Counted from the stretch's first letter, positions 17,771-27,938 are shown. The stretch is 64,000 bases of DNA from Pseudomonadota bacterium (GCA_021325135.1 JAJPHT010000015.1:181320-245319), one strand, 5' to 3'. Notes: generated from the sequence alone by a model not told the origin. A program made the numbers and translations.

Positions 17771-17890
17771 GCCCCTCCCATGGCGCCCCGCCTCCGTGAA
17801 TCCTCCAGTGGAAGCAGCGGTCGGCCCCGCCGCGCTGGGGCAGGAGTTTAAGTCGATGCGACCGATTGCCCAGGCATCCGGGGTCCTCTG

Positions 17891-18625
17891 ATGCTCCACG
17901 CCCGCTGCAAGGCCGACGTTCTCAAGACGCTCATCGACGCCACGAGCACGCTGGTCGACGAGGTGAAGGTCCACGTCGCGGCCGAAGGGCTCTCGCTCAA
18001 GGCGGTCGACCCCGCGCACGTCGCCATGGTGGAGCTGACGCTCCGCGGCGCCGCGTTCCAGGAGTACAAGGCGGACGCCATGGAGATGGGCGTCGACCTG
18101 GAGAAGTTCAAGGAGGTCCTCAAGCTGGCCTCCGGCGACGACGAGGTGGAGATGGACTTCGACCCCGCGGGCCACCGCCTCGTCATGAAGATCGGCAACG
18201 TCACGCGCCGCATGTCGCTGGTCGACACCAGCGGCATGAACGACCCCAAGGTCCCCAAGCTCGACCTGCCCGTCCACGTCACCATCGCGCCGGGCGAGCT
18301 GGAGCGCGGCATCCGCGCCTCCGAGGCCATCGCCGACCACGTCGCGCTCATCGCCAACAAGGACACCTTCGAGCTTCTCGCCGAGGGCGACACGGACCAG
18401 GTCCACCTCAAGCTCGACAAGAGCATGCTCGCCGAGCTGAAGGCGAGCGAGAGCGCGAAGTCGCTCTTCTCCCTGGACTACTTCGCCAACATGGTGAAGG
18501 CCGCCAAGGGGTCCCCCGGCATCCACCTCAACCTCGGGAACGACTACCCGGTGAAGATCGAGTTCGACCTGGCGGGCGGGAACGGGCACGTGACCTACCT
18601 GCTCGCGCCGCGCATCGAGTCGTGA
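17891..18625 (+). CDS. pcn: DNA polymerase sliding clamp PCNA
   Basis: LKAVDPAHVAMV, SLFSLDYF, DYPVKIEF, YLLAPRIE. Confidence 0.96.
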   Translation: MLHARCKADVLKTLIDATSTLVDEVKVHVAAEGLSLKAVDPAHVAMVELTLRGAAFQEYKADAMEMGVDLEKFKEVLKLASGDDEVEMDFDPAGHRLVMKIGNVTRRMSLVDTSGMNDPKVPKLDLPVHVTIAPGELERGIRASEAIADHVALIANKDTFELLAEGDTDQVHLKLDKSMLAELKASESAKSLFSLDYFANMVKAAKGSPGIHLNLGNDYPVKIEFDLAGGNGHVTYLLAPRIES

Positions 18626-18626
18626 G

Positions 18627-18652
18627 CTTTTCTTCTTCTTTGCGTTTCTCTT
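18627..18652 (+). terminator. Pyrimidine/T-rich archaeal-type terminator after pcn
   Basis: CTTTTCTTCTTCTTTGCGTTTCTCTT directly after the stop codon. Confidence 0.55.
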
Positions 18653-18785
18653 GGGGGACTCCGTCCCCCAAACCCCCACAACACCCGAATCTCCGAATCA
18701 GCGCCGCGACAAACACTCGTGGGTGGTTTTCTCCTCGGTGATTCCGAGATTCGGGTCTCGCGGGGGTCTGGGGGCGGAGCCCCCA
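18652..18785. repeat. Palindromic element with GGGGGCGGAGCCCCCA arms
   Basis: Outer arms TGGGGGACTCCGTCCCCCAAACCCCC / GGGGGTCTGGGGGCGGAGCCCCCA; inner 17/18-bp IR 18683-18700 / 18739-18756. Confidence 0.75.
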
Positions 18786-18886
18786 GGCGGATCCAGAGAG
18801 GACAACACCACGCCCACGTACACCGGCGGGATCGGCCTTTGTCGCACGTTCAAGCACGGCAGGCCGCTTGGCTGCCCGGGATTCGC

Positions 18887-19714
18887 ATGGTCACCGCCTC
18901 TGCCACCTCCCGCGCGGCCTCCACCACCGGCATGGCCCGCTGGCCCGCGCACCGCATCGCGTCGGTCGCCGCCGCGCTTGTCATGGTCCTCATGTTCCCC
19001 CTCTTCACGGGGACGGAGTTCTTCGGCTTCGGCCCCGTGCCGTACTTCCTCGCCGCGTTCCTCGTCCTGGCCATCGCGCTCTGCTTCCCGTTGCGCGCGT
19101 GGATGCAGCGCACGGATCAGGTGCTCCTGGGGCTCCTGGGCCTCTTCTTCATGGGCGCCAACGCCTCGTTCGTCTTCCCTGAGCTGGCGCACCCCGAGCA
19201 CTTCCCGGACTACGGCTTCTCCACGCTGGGCGTGGCCGCGGCCCTGGTGCTCGCGGCGGCCGCCGTCGCGGCGTTCATCCCCGCCTTGGGCCACCCGGCG
19301 CGCTGGGGAAGCTGGGGCGTCGCGGCGCTCCTCGTCCTCGCGGGCGTCTCCGTGGGCGCCACCGCCGCGATGTACGAGGAGCACGCCGTCCCCGCCGCGG
19401 GCGCCGGCAGCGTGCTGCTCACCCCCGACGTCACGCTGGAGGTCACGGCGCAGAACGCGCAGTTCTCCCCCGCCTCGCTGACCCTGCCCGCGGGCAAGAT
19501 CGTGAAGATCCACGTCACCAACGCCGATTCGGGCACGCACAACTTCCGCGTGGATGCGCTGGGCCTCGCCAGCGACCTGCTCGCCGGCAAGACGACGGAC
19601 CTCTGGATCAGGACAGACAAGACGGGCACGTATCAGTTCTACTGCTCCATCCACAGCACGCAGAACGCGGACGGCACGTGGACGGGCATGACGGGCACCC
19701 TCGTCGTGACGTGA
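18887..19714 (+). CDS. Multi-TM protein with C-terminal cupredoxin domain
   Basis: About 5 TM segments then FSPASLTL..HNF..YQFYCSIH..GMTGTLVV. Confidence 0.8.
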   Translation: MVTASATSRAASTTGMARWPAHRIASVAAALVMVLMFPLFTGTEFFGFGPVPYFLAAFLVLAIALCFPLRAWMQRTDQVLLGLLGLFFMGANASFVFPELAHPEHFPDYGFSTLGVAAALVLAAAAVAAFIPALGHPARWGSWGVAALLVLAGVSVGATAAMYEEHAVPAAGAGSVLLTPDVTLEVTAQNAQFSPASLTLPAGKIVKIHVTNADSGTHNFRVDALGLASDLLAGKTTDLWIRTDKTGTYQFYCSIHSTQNADGTWTGMTGTLVVT

Positions 19715-19757
19715 CCTGGGCGAGGGGTCCAAGCACTGGCAGCGCCGATCCTCGCCG

Positions 19758-20675
19758 ATGGCCTCCGGCTTCGAGTCCGCGGTGCTGGGCTTCCTCCAGC
19801 ACTACGGCTACGTGGCCCTCTTCGTGGTCCTCGCCCTGGAGACGGCGATGATCCTCCACTTCGTGCCGGGGGAGCTGATCGTCTCGGCGGCGACGGCCGC
19901 GCTGGCGCGCGATCCGCTCTCGCTGGCACTGGTCATCGCGGTGAGCACGGCGGGCGCCACCGCGGGCGCGTGGCTCCTCTTCTGGGCGACGCGCCGCGGC
20001 GGGCGCAAGCTCCTCGCGCGCCACGGCCGCTGGATCCACGCGACGCCCGAGCGCGTCGAGCGGCTGGAGCGCCTCTTCGCGAAGCCCGCGGGAGAGGTGC
20101 TCGTGTTCGTGGGCCGCCTGCTGCCCATCGCCCGCGCGGTCGTGAGCATCCCCGCGGGGCTCGCGAAGATGGACACGCGCAAGTTCCTCGTCTACAGCGC
20201 GGCGGGCAGCGCCATCATGAACGCGGCCATCGCGTACACGACCTACGCCGCGACGACGAACCCGCGCGTCGTCGCGTGGATCGACGCGCAGACGGCCCAC
20301 TGGCCCCTCTGGCTCCTGGGCGCCCTCGCGGTGGTCGCCGTCTCGTGGTGGGCGTGGCGGCGGCGCCACCTTCCGCCCGAGCACGTCGTGGGCCCGGCGT
20401 GGCGGGCGACCGCCGCGGCGCTCGTGGCGCTGGGCGCGCTCATCCTCGTCGCCGGCGTCGTGGCGCCCGCGCTCACCTACGACGCGCTCACGCGCGTCGC
20501 GGACGACGCCAGCGCGGCCGCGCAGGCGCAGGGGGTGGCGCCCCTGGCGTTCATCGTCGCCTACGCGCTGGCCCTCGCGGGCCTGGGCCTGCTGGCGCTG
20601 GCGCTCACGGACTGGGTGAAGGAAGGGGTGGCCCGCGCGCGTGACATCATCACGCGGCGCGAGCCCAGGGCCTGA
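19758..20675 (+). CDS. DedA family membrane protein
   Basis: YGYVALF..LET..VPGEL, GRLLPIARAVVSIPAG. Confidence 0.88.
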   Translation: MASGFESAVLGFLQHYGYVALFVVLALETAMILHFVPGELIVSAATAALARDPLSLALVIAVSTAGATAGAWLLFWATRRGGRKLLARHGRWIHATPERVERLERLFAKPAGEVLVFVGRLLPIARAVVSIPAGLAKMDTRKFLVYSAAGSAIMNAAIAYTTYAATTNPRVVAWIDAQTAHWPLWLLGALAVVAVSWWAWRRRHLPPEHVVGPAWRATAAALVALGALILVAGVVAPALTYDALTRVADDASAAAQAQGVAPLAFIVAYALALAGLGLLALALTDWVKEGVARARDIITRREPRA

Positions 20676-22214
20676 TCAGGCGCTCGTGGGGACGTCCACG
20701 CTCACCGACACGTCGTAGACGCCCGGCTCGCGGTTGACGGCGTGCGCGAGGTCGCTCGTGCTGACTTGGAGCGCAAGCTGGTGGCCCGCGGGGAGCACGT
20801 AGTCGACGCCCACGAGGTCCACGTCCGCGACGCTCGCGCTGAAGGGCGAGACCGGCATGCGGAACGCCTGCGTCTGGCCGTCGAGCACCGTGCCGTCCGT
20901 CGCGTCCACGAGGCGGAAGAACAGGAACGCCTCGGTGCCGATGCCGGTCACGCTGAGGTGGACCTTGCCGATGCCGCTGACCTCGGTGGCGTTCCCGGAC
21001 GTCGCGATGGGCACGAGCCCGCTGGCGACGCCCTGCGCGTCGGTGACCTGGGGGATGGCGCCGCTGACGCCGCCCGCGCCGATGCTGTACGAGCCGCCGC
21101 CCACGGGGGCCGGGACGGAGACAAGCTGGAGCGAGCCCGCGGCGTGGAGCCACGCCGCGTCGTGCGGGGGCCACGAGAGCGCGCCGTGCCACGCGCCGGT
21201 GTTGTCCTCCCACTGGACCGGGGGCCACAGGAGGCCCGAGGGCTCGCCCTTGAGCCAGAGGGAGAGCCACGCGACCGTGGCGTCGTCGACGCGGCTGCCG
21301 GGGCCCGCGTAGGGGCAGCCCGCGTGGCCGCCGCAGTAGAGCATCAGCTCCGCGGGCGTGCCGTGGGCGAGAAGGCCCTGCACGTTGGCCATCGCCTCGT
21401 TGGCGTTGAACAGCGTGTCGGGGAGGCCCTGCGTGAAGAGGGCGGGCGCGCGGATGTGGCTCATCCACGCGGCGGCGCTGCGCTCGCGCAGGCCTTCAGA
21501 GACGTCGGGGGTCAGGCCGTTGACGGCGTGGACCTCGGCGTACCAGAGGGGGAGGTTGATATCATATCCCTGGGCCTGGGGGCCCGTGGGGTTGCCGGGC
21601 TCCAGGCCGTAGGCCTCGCCGGTGGCGGCGCCGGAGCCGAAGAGCACCGCGATCCACGCCTCCTTGGGCACGCCGCCGGGGCCGAGGCTCTGGCGCAGGT
21701 CGTTCCAGGTGATGTCGGGCACGATGGCGTCGATGCGCGAATCGAACGCCGCGGTGAGGAGCTGGATGCCGCCCGCGTAGGAGCCGCCCGCCATGCCCAC
21801 GAGGGGATCGCCGTCCCGCTGCGCGATGAGGGGGCTTGCCGCGAGCATGTCGACGAGCGCGCTGGCGTCGCGCACCTCGTAGGCGGGGCTGTCAAGCTCG
21901 ATGAAGCCGCCCGACTGGCCGAAGCCGCGGGAGTCCCACGTCACGACCGCGAAGCCCGCGTCCAGCAGGCGCCCGACCATGCCGCCCGTGCCGGTCTGGC
22001 GCGAGCCGGCCCAGCCGTGGGTCATGAGCACCGCGGGGACCGGGTGGTCCGCGCTGGCGCCCGCGGGCAGGAAGAGCGTGTAGACGATGGGCGTGCCGTC
22101 GAAGGAGTTCAGGACGCCGGTGGTGACGCTGGCGTCGGCCTGCGCCGCCGGGGCGAGGGCGGGCGCCGCGAGGGCCGCGACGAGGGCGAGGGCCGTGAAC
22201 GGGACGATTCGCAT
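20676..22214 (-). CDS. Secreted CocE/NonD (peptidase S15-like) alpha/beta hydrolase
   Basis: Signal peptide, SFDGTPI, HGWAG, DSRGFGQSGG, GGSYAGG. Confidence 0.85.
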   Translation of the reverse strand: MRIVPFTALALVAALAAPALAPAAQADASVTTGVLNSFDGTPIVYTLFLPAGASADHPVPAVLMTHGWAGSRQTGTGGMVGRLLDAGFAVVTWDSRGFGQSGGFIELDSPAYEVRDASALVDMLAASPLIAQRDGDPLVGMAGGSYAGGIQLLTAAFDSRIDAIVPDITWNDLRQSLGPGGVPKEAWIAVLFGSGAATGEAYGLEPGNPTGPQAQGYDINLPLWYAEVHAVNGLTPDVSEGLRERSAAAWMSHIRAPALFTQGLPDTLFNANEAMANVQGLLAHGTPAELMLYCGGHAGCPYAGPGSRVDDATVAWLSLWLKGEPSGLLWPPVQWEDNTGAWHGALSWPPHDAAWLHAAGSLQLVSVPAPVGGGSYSIGAGGVSGAIPQVTDAQGVASGLVPIATSGNATEVSGIGKVHLSVTGIGTEAFLFFRLVDATDGTVLDGQTQAFRMPVSPFSASVADVDLVGVDYVLPAGHQLALQVSTSDLAHAVNREPGVYDVSVSVDVPTSA

Positions 22215-22281
22215 GGGAGCCTCCAGGCGGGCCACGCCGTGGGGGGGCCTTGAACCTTCTCCGTAGCGCCTTGTCGGGGGC

Positions 22282-23325
22282 TCAGCCGCCCCTCCTCTTG
22301 CGCTCCACGTTGTGGGCCGCCTCGCGGTGGGCGCGCCCGAAGGAGCGCTTCGCCTCCTCCCGGAGACGCCGGGCGAGCCCCTCGTCCCGCCGCGCCGCGG
22401 CCCGCAGCGCCTCGCGCCGCAGCTTGCGCCACGCCTCCAGCCGCGCGGGCTCCACGGCGCCGCGCACCGCGCAGCCAGGCTCTGTGCCGTGCGCGCAATC
22501 CCGGAAGCGGCACCCCGTGGCCAGGGCGTCGACCTCCTCGAACGCGTCTGCGAGGCCCTCCTCGCCGACGAGCCCCACCTCGCGCAGGCCCGGCGTGTCC
22601 AGGAGCGCGCCGCCTCCCGGAAGCGGCACCATCTCGCGCCAGGTCGTCGTGTGCCGCCCCTTGCGGTCGCCCTCCCGCACCTCGCCCGTCGCCAGGAGGT
22701 CCTCGCCCAGGAGCGCGTTGGCGAGGCTCGACTTCCCCGCGCCGGAGGGCCCCACCAGGGCAAGGGTCCTCGCCGGCCGCGCCAACGCGCGAAGCCCCTC
22801 CAGGCCGAGCCCCGCCCGCGCGCTGGTCACGAGCACGGGCGCGCCCAGGGGCTCCGCCTCGCGCCGCGCCGCCTCGGGGTCCGCGCAGGCGTCCGCCTTG
22901 GTGAGCGCGACGACGGGCTGCGCGCCGCCGCCGTGCGCGAGGGCGAGCACGCGCTCCAGCCGGCGCAGGTTCAGGGGCGCGTCCAGCGCGGCCACCGCCA
23001 CGAGGGCGTCCACGTGGGCCGCGACCACCTGCTCCTCGCCTTCGGCGCCGGCCGCGCGCCGCGCGATCACGCCGCGGCGCGGCAGCAAGGCGTGGATCGC
23101 CCAGCCGCCCAGGCCGTCGGGCCTCCCCGCGACCCAGTCTCCGGTGACGGGCCGCTGGCCGCGCAGGCGCCCGGCGGCGCGCGCCTCGCGCTCGCCCTCC
23201 CGGGTCGCGACGCGCCAGCGCGTGCGCTCCTGCCTCGTCACGCGGGCGGGCTCCAGCGCGGGGTCGTCCAGGTCGTCAAGGTGCTTCTGGAGGCTGGCCT
23301 TCCAGCCGAGGGGTTCGAGGGACAT
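22282..23325 (-). CDS. rsgA: Ribosome small subunit-dependent GTPase A
   Basis: TKAD, GPSGAGKSSL, GRHTT, DTPG, CRFRDCAHGTEPGC zinc finger. Confidence 0.92.
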   Translation of the reverse strand: MSLEPLGWKASLQKHLDDLDDPALEPARVTRQERTRWRVATREGEREARAAGRLRGQRPVTGDWVAGRPDGLGGWAIHALLPRRGVIARRAAGAEGEEQVVAAHVDALVAVAALDAPLNLRRLERVLALAHGGGAQPVVALTKADACADPEAARREAEPLGAPVLVTSARAGLGLEGLRALARPARTLALVGPSGAGKSSLANALLGEDLLATGEVREGDRKGRHTTTWREMVPLPGGGALLDTPGLREVGLVGEEGLADAFEEVDALATGCRFRDCAHGTEPGCAVRGAVEPARLEAWRKLRREALRAAARRDEGLARRLREEAKRSFGRAHREAAHNVERKRRGG

Positions 23326-23352
23326 GGTGGGGTCTCCGCTTCGGTCGACGCG

Positions 23353-23472
23353 AAAAAGCGGGCCCGTGGAGGCGCGTCCGCTGGGGCCACGAGGATGGGA
23401 CCGGCCCGCGCCTGCGATTCACGCCGCGCGAAGGGCGGGGCCGGGGATGCGCGCCACGTCAAAGCCGGACAT
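23353..23472 (-). promoter_or_regulatory. Putative leader-peptide attenuator upstream of rsgA
   Basis: uORF 23472-23419 with AGGTGG SD, then GCGGGCC...GGCCCGC-TTTTT terminator-like stem. Confidence 0.45.
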
Positions 23473-23588
23473 CAAGGACCACCACCTGTGGGGCTTCCCA
23501 GGCGATAGGCCTGGATGAGGGTTTCGAGTGGCCGATCCGCGCGCGGCTTCGCGGGAAAAGCCATGATCCCTTCGCTGGGTGCCGGCCC

Positions 23589-24671
23589 GTGCGAGCCCCC
23601 GTCCTGCTTCTTGTCGCCTGCCTCCTTCCTTTCACCCCGGTCCCCGGGGCCCGCGCTGACCCGACCCCCGGAAGCGACGCGGCCCACGCCATCGTGATCG
23701 GCCCTGGCGACACCACCGGCGTCCTGGCCGCGGACCAGCCTTCGATCTGGTACGCCGTGGACACGCCCGCCGGCGAGGGCGCGATGGGGAGCGTCGCCGC
23801 CACCGACGGCTCCAGCCCGTGCCTGCAGGTCCTGGGCGCCGGCGCCAACGACTTCGCGCAGGAGTGCGGGGCCCCCGTGGGCGCGGGCAACGGCGGACGC
23901 GTCTATTTCGTGGTGTTCACCTGGGGCGGCGCGTCCAGCTTCACCCTCACGGTCCGCCAAGGGCCGCTTCCGCTTTTCCAGGTGACGGGGTTTGACGTGG
24001 TCCCCACCGCGACCGGGCCCGTGCCCGACGCGCATCGGGAGGTGCGGCTCACGATCGAGAATCTCGGGGACGCAGACGGCGTCATGGCGGTCGAGGTCCG
24101 CGCGTGGGCGCACAGCCTCAACTTCCAGACCGGGACCGTGGTCGTCGATCGCGTTCCGGTCGCGGTGTCCGCCCACTCGGTCGTCCACGCCAGGTGGACG
24201 TGGGACGCCAGCCCCTACGTCGGGCGCGTGGACCTGAGCGAGGCCGCCCACGCCGACGTCGCGCAACGCGACCACGTCCAGGAAGAGCGAGCCGCCACCT
24301 CGGTCCTCCTCCCGGACGAGGGCCTCGGAGTCGAGCAGCCCCTCATCGTCAATCCCATGGGGGACGCGAGCGGGGGCTACGTCACCGTGAGCGGGACGGG
24401 CGATGCCCGCGGGGACAATTACGTCGTGAGCGGCACGGGAGACGCGACGGCGTGCCCTGGAGGCGGATCCTGGGGCTCGTGCTTCGCGGTGGGCGGCCAC
24501 GACGCGTCGGCCTGCGAAGGGGGCGATCATTTCGAATCGGACTGCGAGGCGATCGCGCTGACGGGAGAGGCGCGCAGCTGCCAGGACGACTTCTTCGCGC
24601 CCTGCGGGAGCTTCAGCCTGGCCGATGGCGGCGGCTGCCTCGAAAGGCTATGCACGCCCACCCTCCCGTGA
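23589..24671 (+). CDS. Secreted protein with PPC/CARDB-like domains and Cys-rich C-terminus
   Basis: Signal peptide, LTIENLGD CARDB-like strand, repeated GxAxxC motifs. Confidence 0.6.
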   Translation: MRAPVLLLVACLLPFTPVPGARADPTPGSDAAHAIVIGPGDTTGVLAADQPSIWYAVDTPAGEGAMGSVAATDGSSPCLQVLGAGANDFAQECGAPVGAGNGGRVYFVVFTWGGASSFTLTVRQGPLPLFQVTGFDVVPTATGPVPDAHREVRLTIENLGDADGVMAVEVRAWAHSLNFQTGTVVVDRVPVAVSAHSVVHARWTWDASPYVGRVDLSEAAHADVAQRDHVQEERAATSVLLPDEGLGVEQPLIVNPMGDASGGYVTVSGTGDARGDNYVVSGTGDATACPGGGSWGSCFAVGGHDASACEGGDHFESDCEAIALTGEARSCQDDFFAPCGSFSLADGGGCLERLCTPTLP

Positions 24672-24724
24672 TGGGCAAGCGCGCCCCCACAACCTTTTAG
24701 AACGCCCCGCCGGGCTCCGGGACC

Positions 24725-26434
24725 GTGCGCCCCCTCCTGCTGGCCCTCGCCGCGGCCCTCCTCACCCCGGCCCTCGCGGGCTGCCTCACGCCGGGGGGGA
24801 CCACCGCGCCGTCCAACGCCTCGGCGCTCCTCTCGCCCATCCAGTTCCCGTCCATCAAGAAGGAGCAGGCGCTCGTCGCCATGGCCGACGGCGTGAAGCT
24901 GGACAACTGGGTCTACCGCCCCGACGCGCCCGGGCAGTTCCCCGTCATCATCGAGAGCCGCCCCTACTTCGGCAACCTCGATCCCCCGGCGCAGGAGGAG
25001 GGGCAGAAGTTCAGCAAGTGGCTCATCCACGAGTTCGTCCCCCGCGGCTACGTCGTCGTCCTGCACAGCGTCCGCGGCACGGGCGACTCGGGCGGCTGCT
25101 ACGGCCAGGGCGGCATCACCGAGCAGAAGGACGAGGCCGCCACCGTGGAGGCGTTCGCCAAGATGCCCTACAGCGACGGCAAGGTGGGCATGATCGGCAA
25201 GTCCTACGGCGGGACCACGCCCTGGGAGGCCGCGGTGCAGGCGCCGCCGCACCTCGTGACCATCGTCCCCGTCTCGGGCATCACCGAGTGGTACCTCTAC
25301 GTCGCGAGCCACGGCGTGTGGTACGACTCGGGCACGCAGTTCAACGAGGAGTACCCCTTCACCATCAGCTTCCACGCCGACCCCACCGGCGCGGACCCCA
25401 ACGACCCCACCTCGTTCCTGCCGCCGCAGTCGCAGCTTTCCCACTACCCCGAGAAGGTCTGCCAGGACTTCGCGCAGGACGAGGCCGCCGGCGCCTCGGG
25501 CGCCAGCACCGGCGACGAGGACGCGTTCTGGCAGGAGCGCGACTACCAGACCGACGCGCAGATCGCCAAGATCGACAAGGCCAACGTCTCGGTCTACGTC
25601 GTCCACGGGCTCCAGGACTGGAACGTCAAGCCCGACAACGTCGTGGACGTCTACAACAAGCTCGCCGTGCCCAAGCACATGCAGCTTGGCCAGTGGGACC
25701 ACCAGTATCCGCTGCGCAACGACTGGGGCACGGAGCTCCTGCGCTGGTTCGACTACTGGCTCAAGGGCGTGAAGAACGGCATCATGGACGAGCCGCCCGT
25801 GAAGCTCATGGACAGCGCGGGCGTCTGGCACGACGAGATGGACTTCCCCGAGTCGCGCGCCGTGAACCTCACGCTGCATCCGGACGACAAGGGCGCCCTC
25901 GCCGAGTCCGCCCCCAAGGGCTCCATGACCTACGTCTCCAGCCCGGCCACCTCCGCCAACGACGCCGCGCCCGGCCAGGACAAGCTCGTCTGGGCCGGCG
26001 CCGCGGAGGCCTCCACGCTGCGCGTCTCTGGCGCGCCGTGGCTCGCCTTCAACGCCACCATCACCGGGCCCAACGCGCAGTTCGTCGCGACGCTCTATGA
26101 TATCAACGGCTCGACGTGGACCGCCATCAACTGGGCCCACCTCGACGCGCGGCACCGCGACGGCGCGGACAAGCCCTCCACCTCGCCCCAGATGGGCGCG
26201 GGCTCGTTCCGCCTGCGCTTCTACCCCATGGACGCGGAGATCGCGCCGGGCCACAAGCTGGGCCTCACCCTCGCGGGCGCGGGCGGCTTCGCGGCGCCGG
26301 GCCAAGGCACCACGGCGCAGGTGGAGGTCGAGACGGGCACCGCCGCGCTGACGCTCCCCACGCTCCCCTCCATCGCGCCCGAGTCTCCGCAGCCCACCAT
26401 GGCGAAGGCCGCGGACCTGGGCTGGACGAGCTGA
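24725..26434 (+). CDS. CocE/NonD family hydrolase lipoprotein (X-Pro dipeptidyl-peptidase-like)
   Basis: LAGC lipobox, MADGVKL, RGTGDSGG, GKSYGG, HGLQDWNV. Confidence 0.88.
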   Translation: MRPLLLALAAALLTPALAGCLTPGGTTAPSNASALLSPIQFPSIKKEQALVAMADGVKLDNWVYRPDAPGQFPVIIESRPYFGNLDPPAQEEGQKFSKWLIHEFVPRGYVVVLHSVRGTGDSGGCYGQGGITEQKDEAATVEAFAKMPYSDGKVGMIGKSYGGTTPWEAAVQAPPHLVTIVPVSGITEWYLYVASHGVWYDSGTQFNEEYPFTISFHADPTGADPNDPTSFLPPQSQLSHYPEKVCQDFAQDEAAGASGASTGDEDAFWQERDYQTDAQIAKIDKANVSVYVVHGLQDWNVKPDNVVDVYNKLAVPKHMQLGQWDHQYPLRNDWGTELLRWFDYWLKGVKNGIMDEPPVKLMDSAGVWHDEMDFPESRAVNLTLHPDDKGALAESAPKGSMTYVSSPATSANDAAPGQDKLVWAGAAEASTLRVSGAPWLAFNATITGPNAQFVATLYDINGSTWTAINWAHLDARHRDGADKPSTSPQMGAGSFRLRFYPMDAEIAPGHKLGLTLAGAGGFAAPGQGTTAQVEVETGTAALTLPTLPSIAPESPQPTMAKAADLGWTS

Positions 26435-26442
26435 GGGCATGC

Positions 26443-27807
26443 ATGCGTCGCGCGCTGGCCCTCCTCCTCGTCGCGCTGACGCTGGGCTGCGCTGCGCCCG
26501 CCGCGCGCCACGAGGCGGAGGCGCCCGTCGTCGCGGCCCGCGCGCCCGATCCGACCCCGGCAAGCCCGACCCCGGAGGCGCCCACGCCTGCGCCCCAGCC
26601 CGCGGCGCCCCCCGCGCCGGAGGCGCCCGCGTTCCGCCGCCACGTCTCGCCCGCCGGCAAGGCGGACGACGCGGGCGAGCCCTCCCTCGGCGTCGACCCG
26701 CGCAACGGCGCCGTGCTCTACCAGGCGAACCTGGAGACGTTCCGCGTGGACCTGGCCAACGACTCGTGGACCTCCGTGGCGCCGCTCACGACGACGCTTC
26801 ACAGCGAGGACCCCATCCTGGCGGTCGATCCGTTCACCGGGCGCGTGTACGTCTCGCAGCTCATGGCGGACTGCAGCATCCTCGCGTGGAGCGACGACGA
26901 CGGCGCGACGTGGACCACGAACCCGCTGGGCTGCGGCGCGGGCACCGGCTTCGACCACCAGACCGTGGGCGGCGGCCCCTTCGCCGCGGGCGTGACGCCC
27001 CTGGGCGGCGCCAAGGACGCGCTCTACTACTGCTCCCACGACACCGTGACGACCTCCTGCGCCGCGTCGCGCGACGGCGGGCTCACCTTCCTGCCCGCGG
27101 TCCCCGTGAACACGGCCGCCACGTGCGACGTCACGGGGCCGGGCCACGTCCGGGTGGGGCGCGACGGCACGGTCTACCTCCCGGAGCGCGCGTGCCACGG
27201 CAGCCAGGACCAGGGCTTCGCCCTCTCCACCGACGGCGGCGTGACGTGGACGCAGCGCTTCCTCGCGGGCGTCGGCAGCCAGGGGGAGAGCGACGCCAGC
27301 CTCGCGCTGGACGCGACGGACAAGATCTACTTCTGCTTCGAGGGCGGAGACGGGCACGCGGGCGTCGCCACCACGGTCGACCGCGGCAAGACGTGGTCCA
27401 AGCCCGTCGACCTGGGCGCGCCCTTCGGGCTCCAGAACACGCAGTTCGAGGTCGCCGTCGCGGGCGCCGCCGGCAAGGCCGCGTGCGCGTTCCTGGGCAC
27501 GCCCACGCCGGGAGACGACCAGGCCGCCGAGTTCAACGGCACGTGGCGCCTCTACGTCGCGTTCACCTGGGACGGAGGCGCCAACTGGACCACCCTCGAC
27601 GCGACGCCCGACGACGTCGTGCAGCAGGGCTGCATCTACCTCTTCGGCAACTTCGGCCCGCCCTGCCGCAACCTCTACGACTTCATGGACGCCGCCGTGC
27701 TCCCCGACGGGCGCGTGCTGGTGGGCTACGCCGACGGCGACGTGGACGGCCGGCAGGCGACGAAGGGCGTCATCGCCGAGCAGGTCGCGGGACCCGGGCT
27801 GCGGTGA
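26443..27807 (+). CDS. BNR/Asp-box (sialidase-like) beta-propeller lipoprotein
   Basis: TLGC lipobox; Asp-boxes SDDDGATW, SRDGGLTF, STDGGVTW, TVDRGKTW, TWDGGANW. Confidence 0.85.
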   Translation: MRRALALLLVALTLGCAAPAARHEAEAPVVAARAPDPTPASPTPEAPTPAPQPAAPPAPEAPAFRRHVSPAGKADDAGEPSLGVDPRNGAVLYQANLETFRVDLANDSWTSVAPLTTTLHSEDPILAVDPFTGRVYVSQLMADCSILAWSDDDGATWTTNPLGCGAGTGFDHQTVGGGPFAAGVTPLGGAKDALYYCSHDTVTTSCAASRDGGLTFLPAVPVNTAATCDVTGPGHVRVGRDGTVYLPERACHGSQDQGFALSTDGGVTWTQRFLAGVGSQGESDASLALDATDKIYFCFEGGDGHAGVATTVDRGKTWSKPVDLGAPFGLQNTQFEVAVAGAAGKAACAFLGTPTPGDDQAAEFNGTWRLYVAFTWDGGANWTTLDATPDDVVQQGCIYLFGNFGPPCRNLYDFMDAAVLPDGRVLVGYADGDVDGRQATKGVIAEQVAGPGLR

Positions 27808-27938
27808 GCGCCTCCCCGTTTCCTTCTCGTCACGTCTTGACGCGACGAGAAGGACGACACGCCCGCCCCCCGTGACCCCCCGCGTCCGCCAGCCCCTTCT
27901 CCAAACCTTAAGACGGGATGGGGCGCCTCCCCGGCCTC

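Noticed and set aside
27821-27853. Hairpin CCTTCTCGTC..GACGAGAAGG after the BNR gene
   Set aside because: Single copy; most simply a terminator or processing stem.
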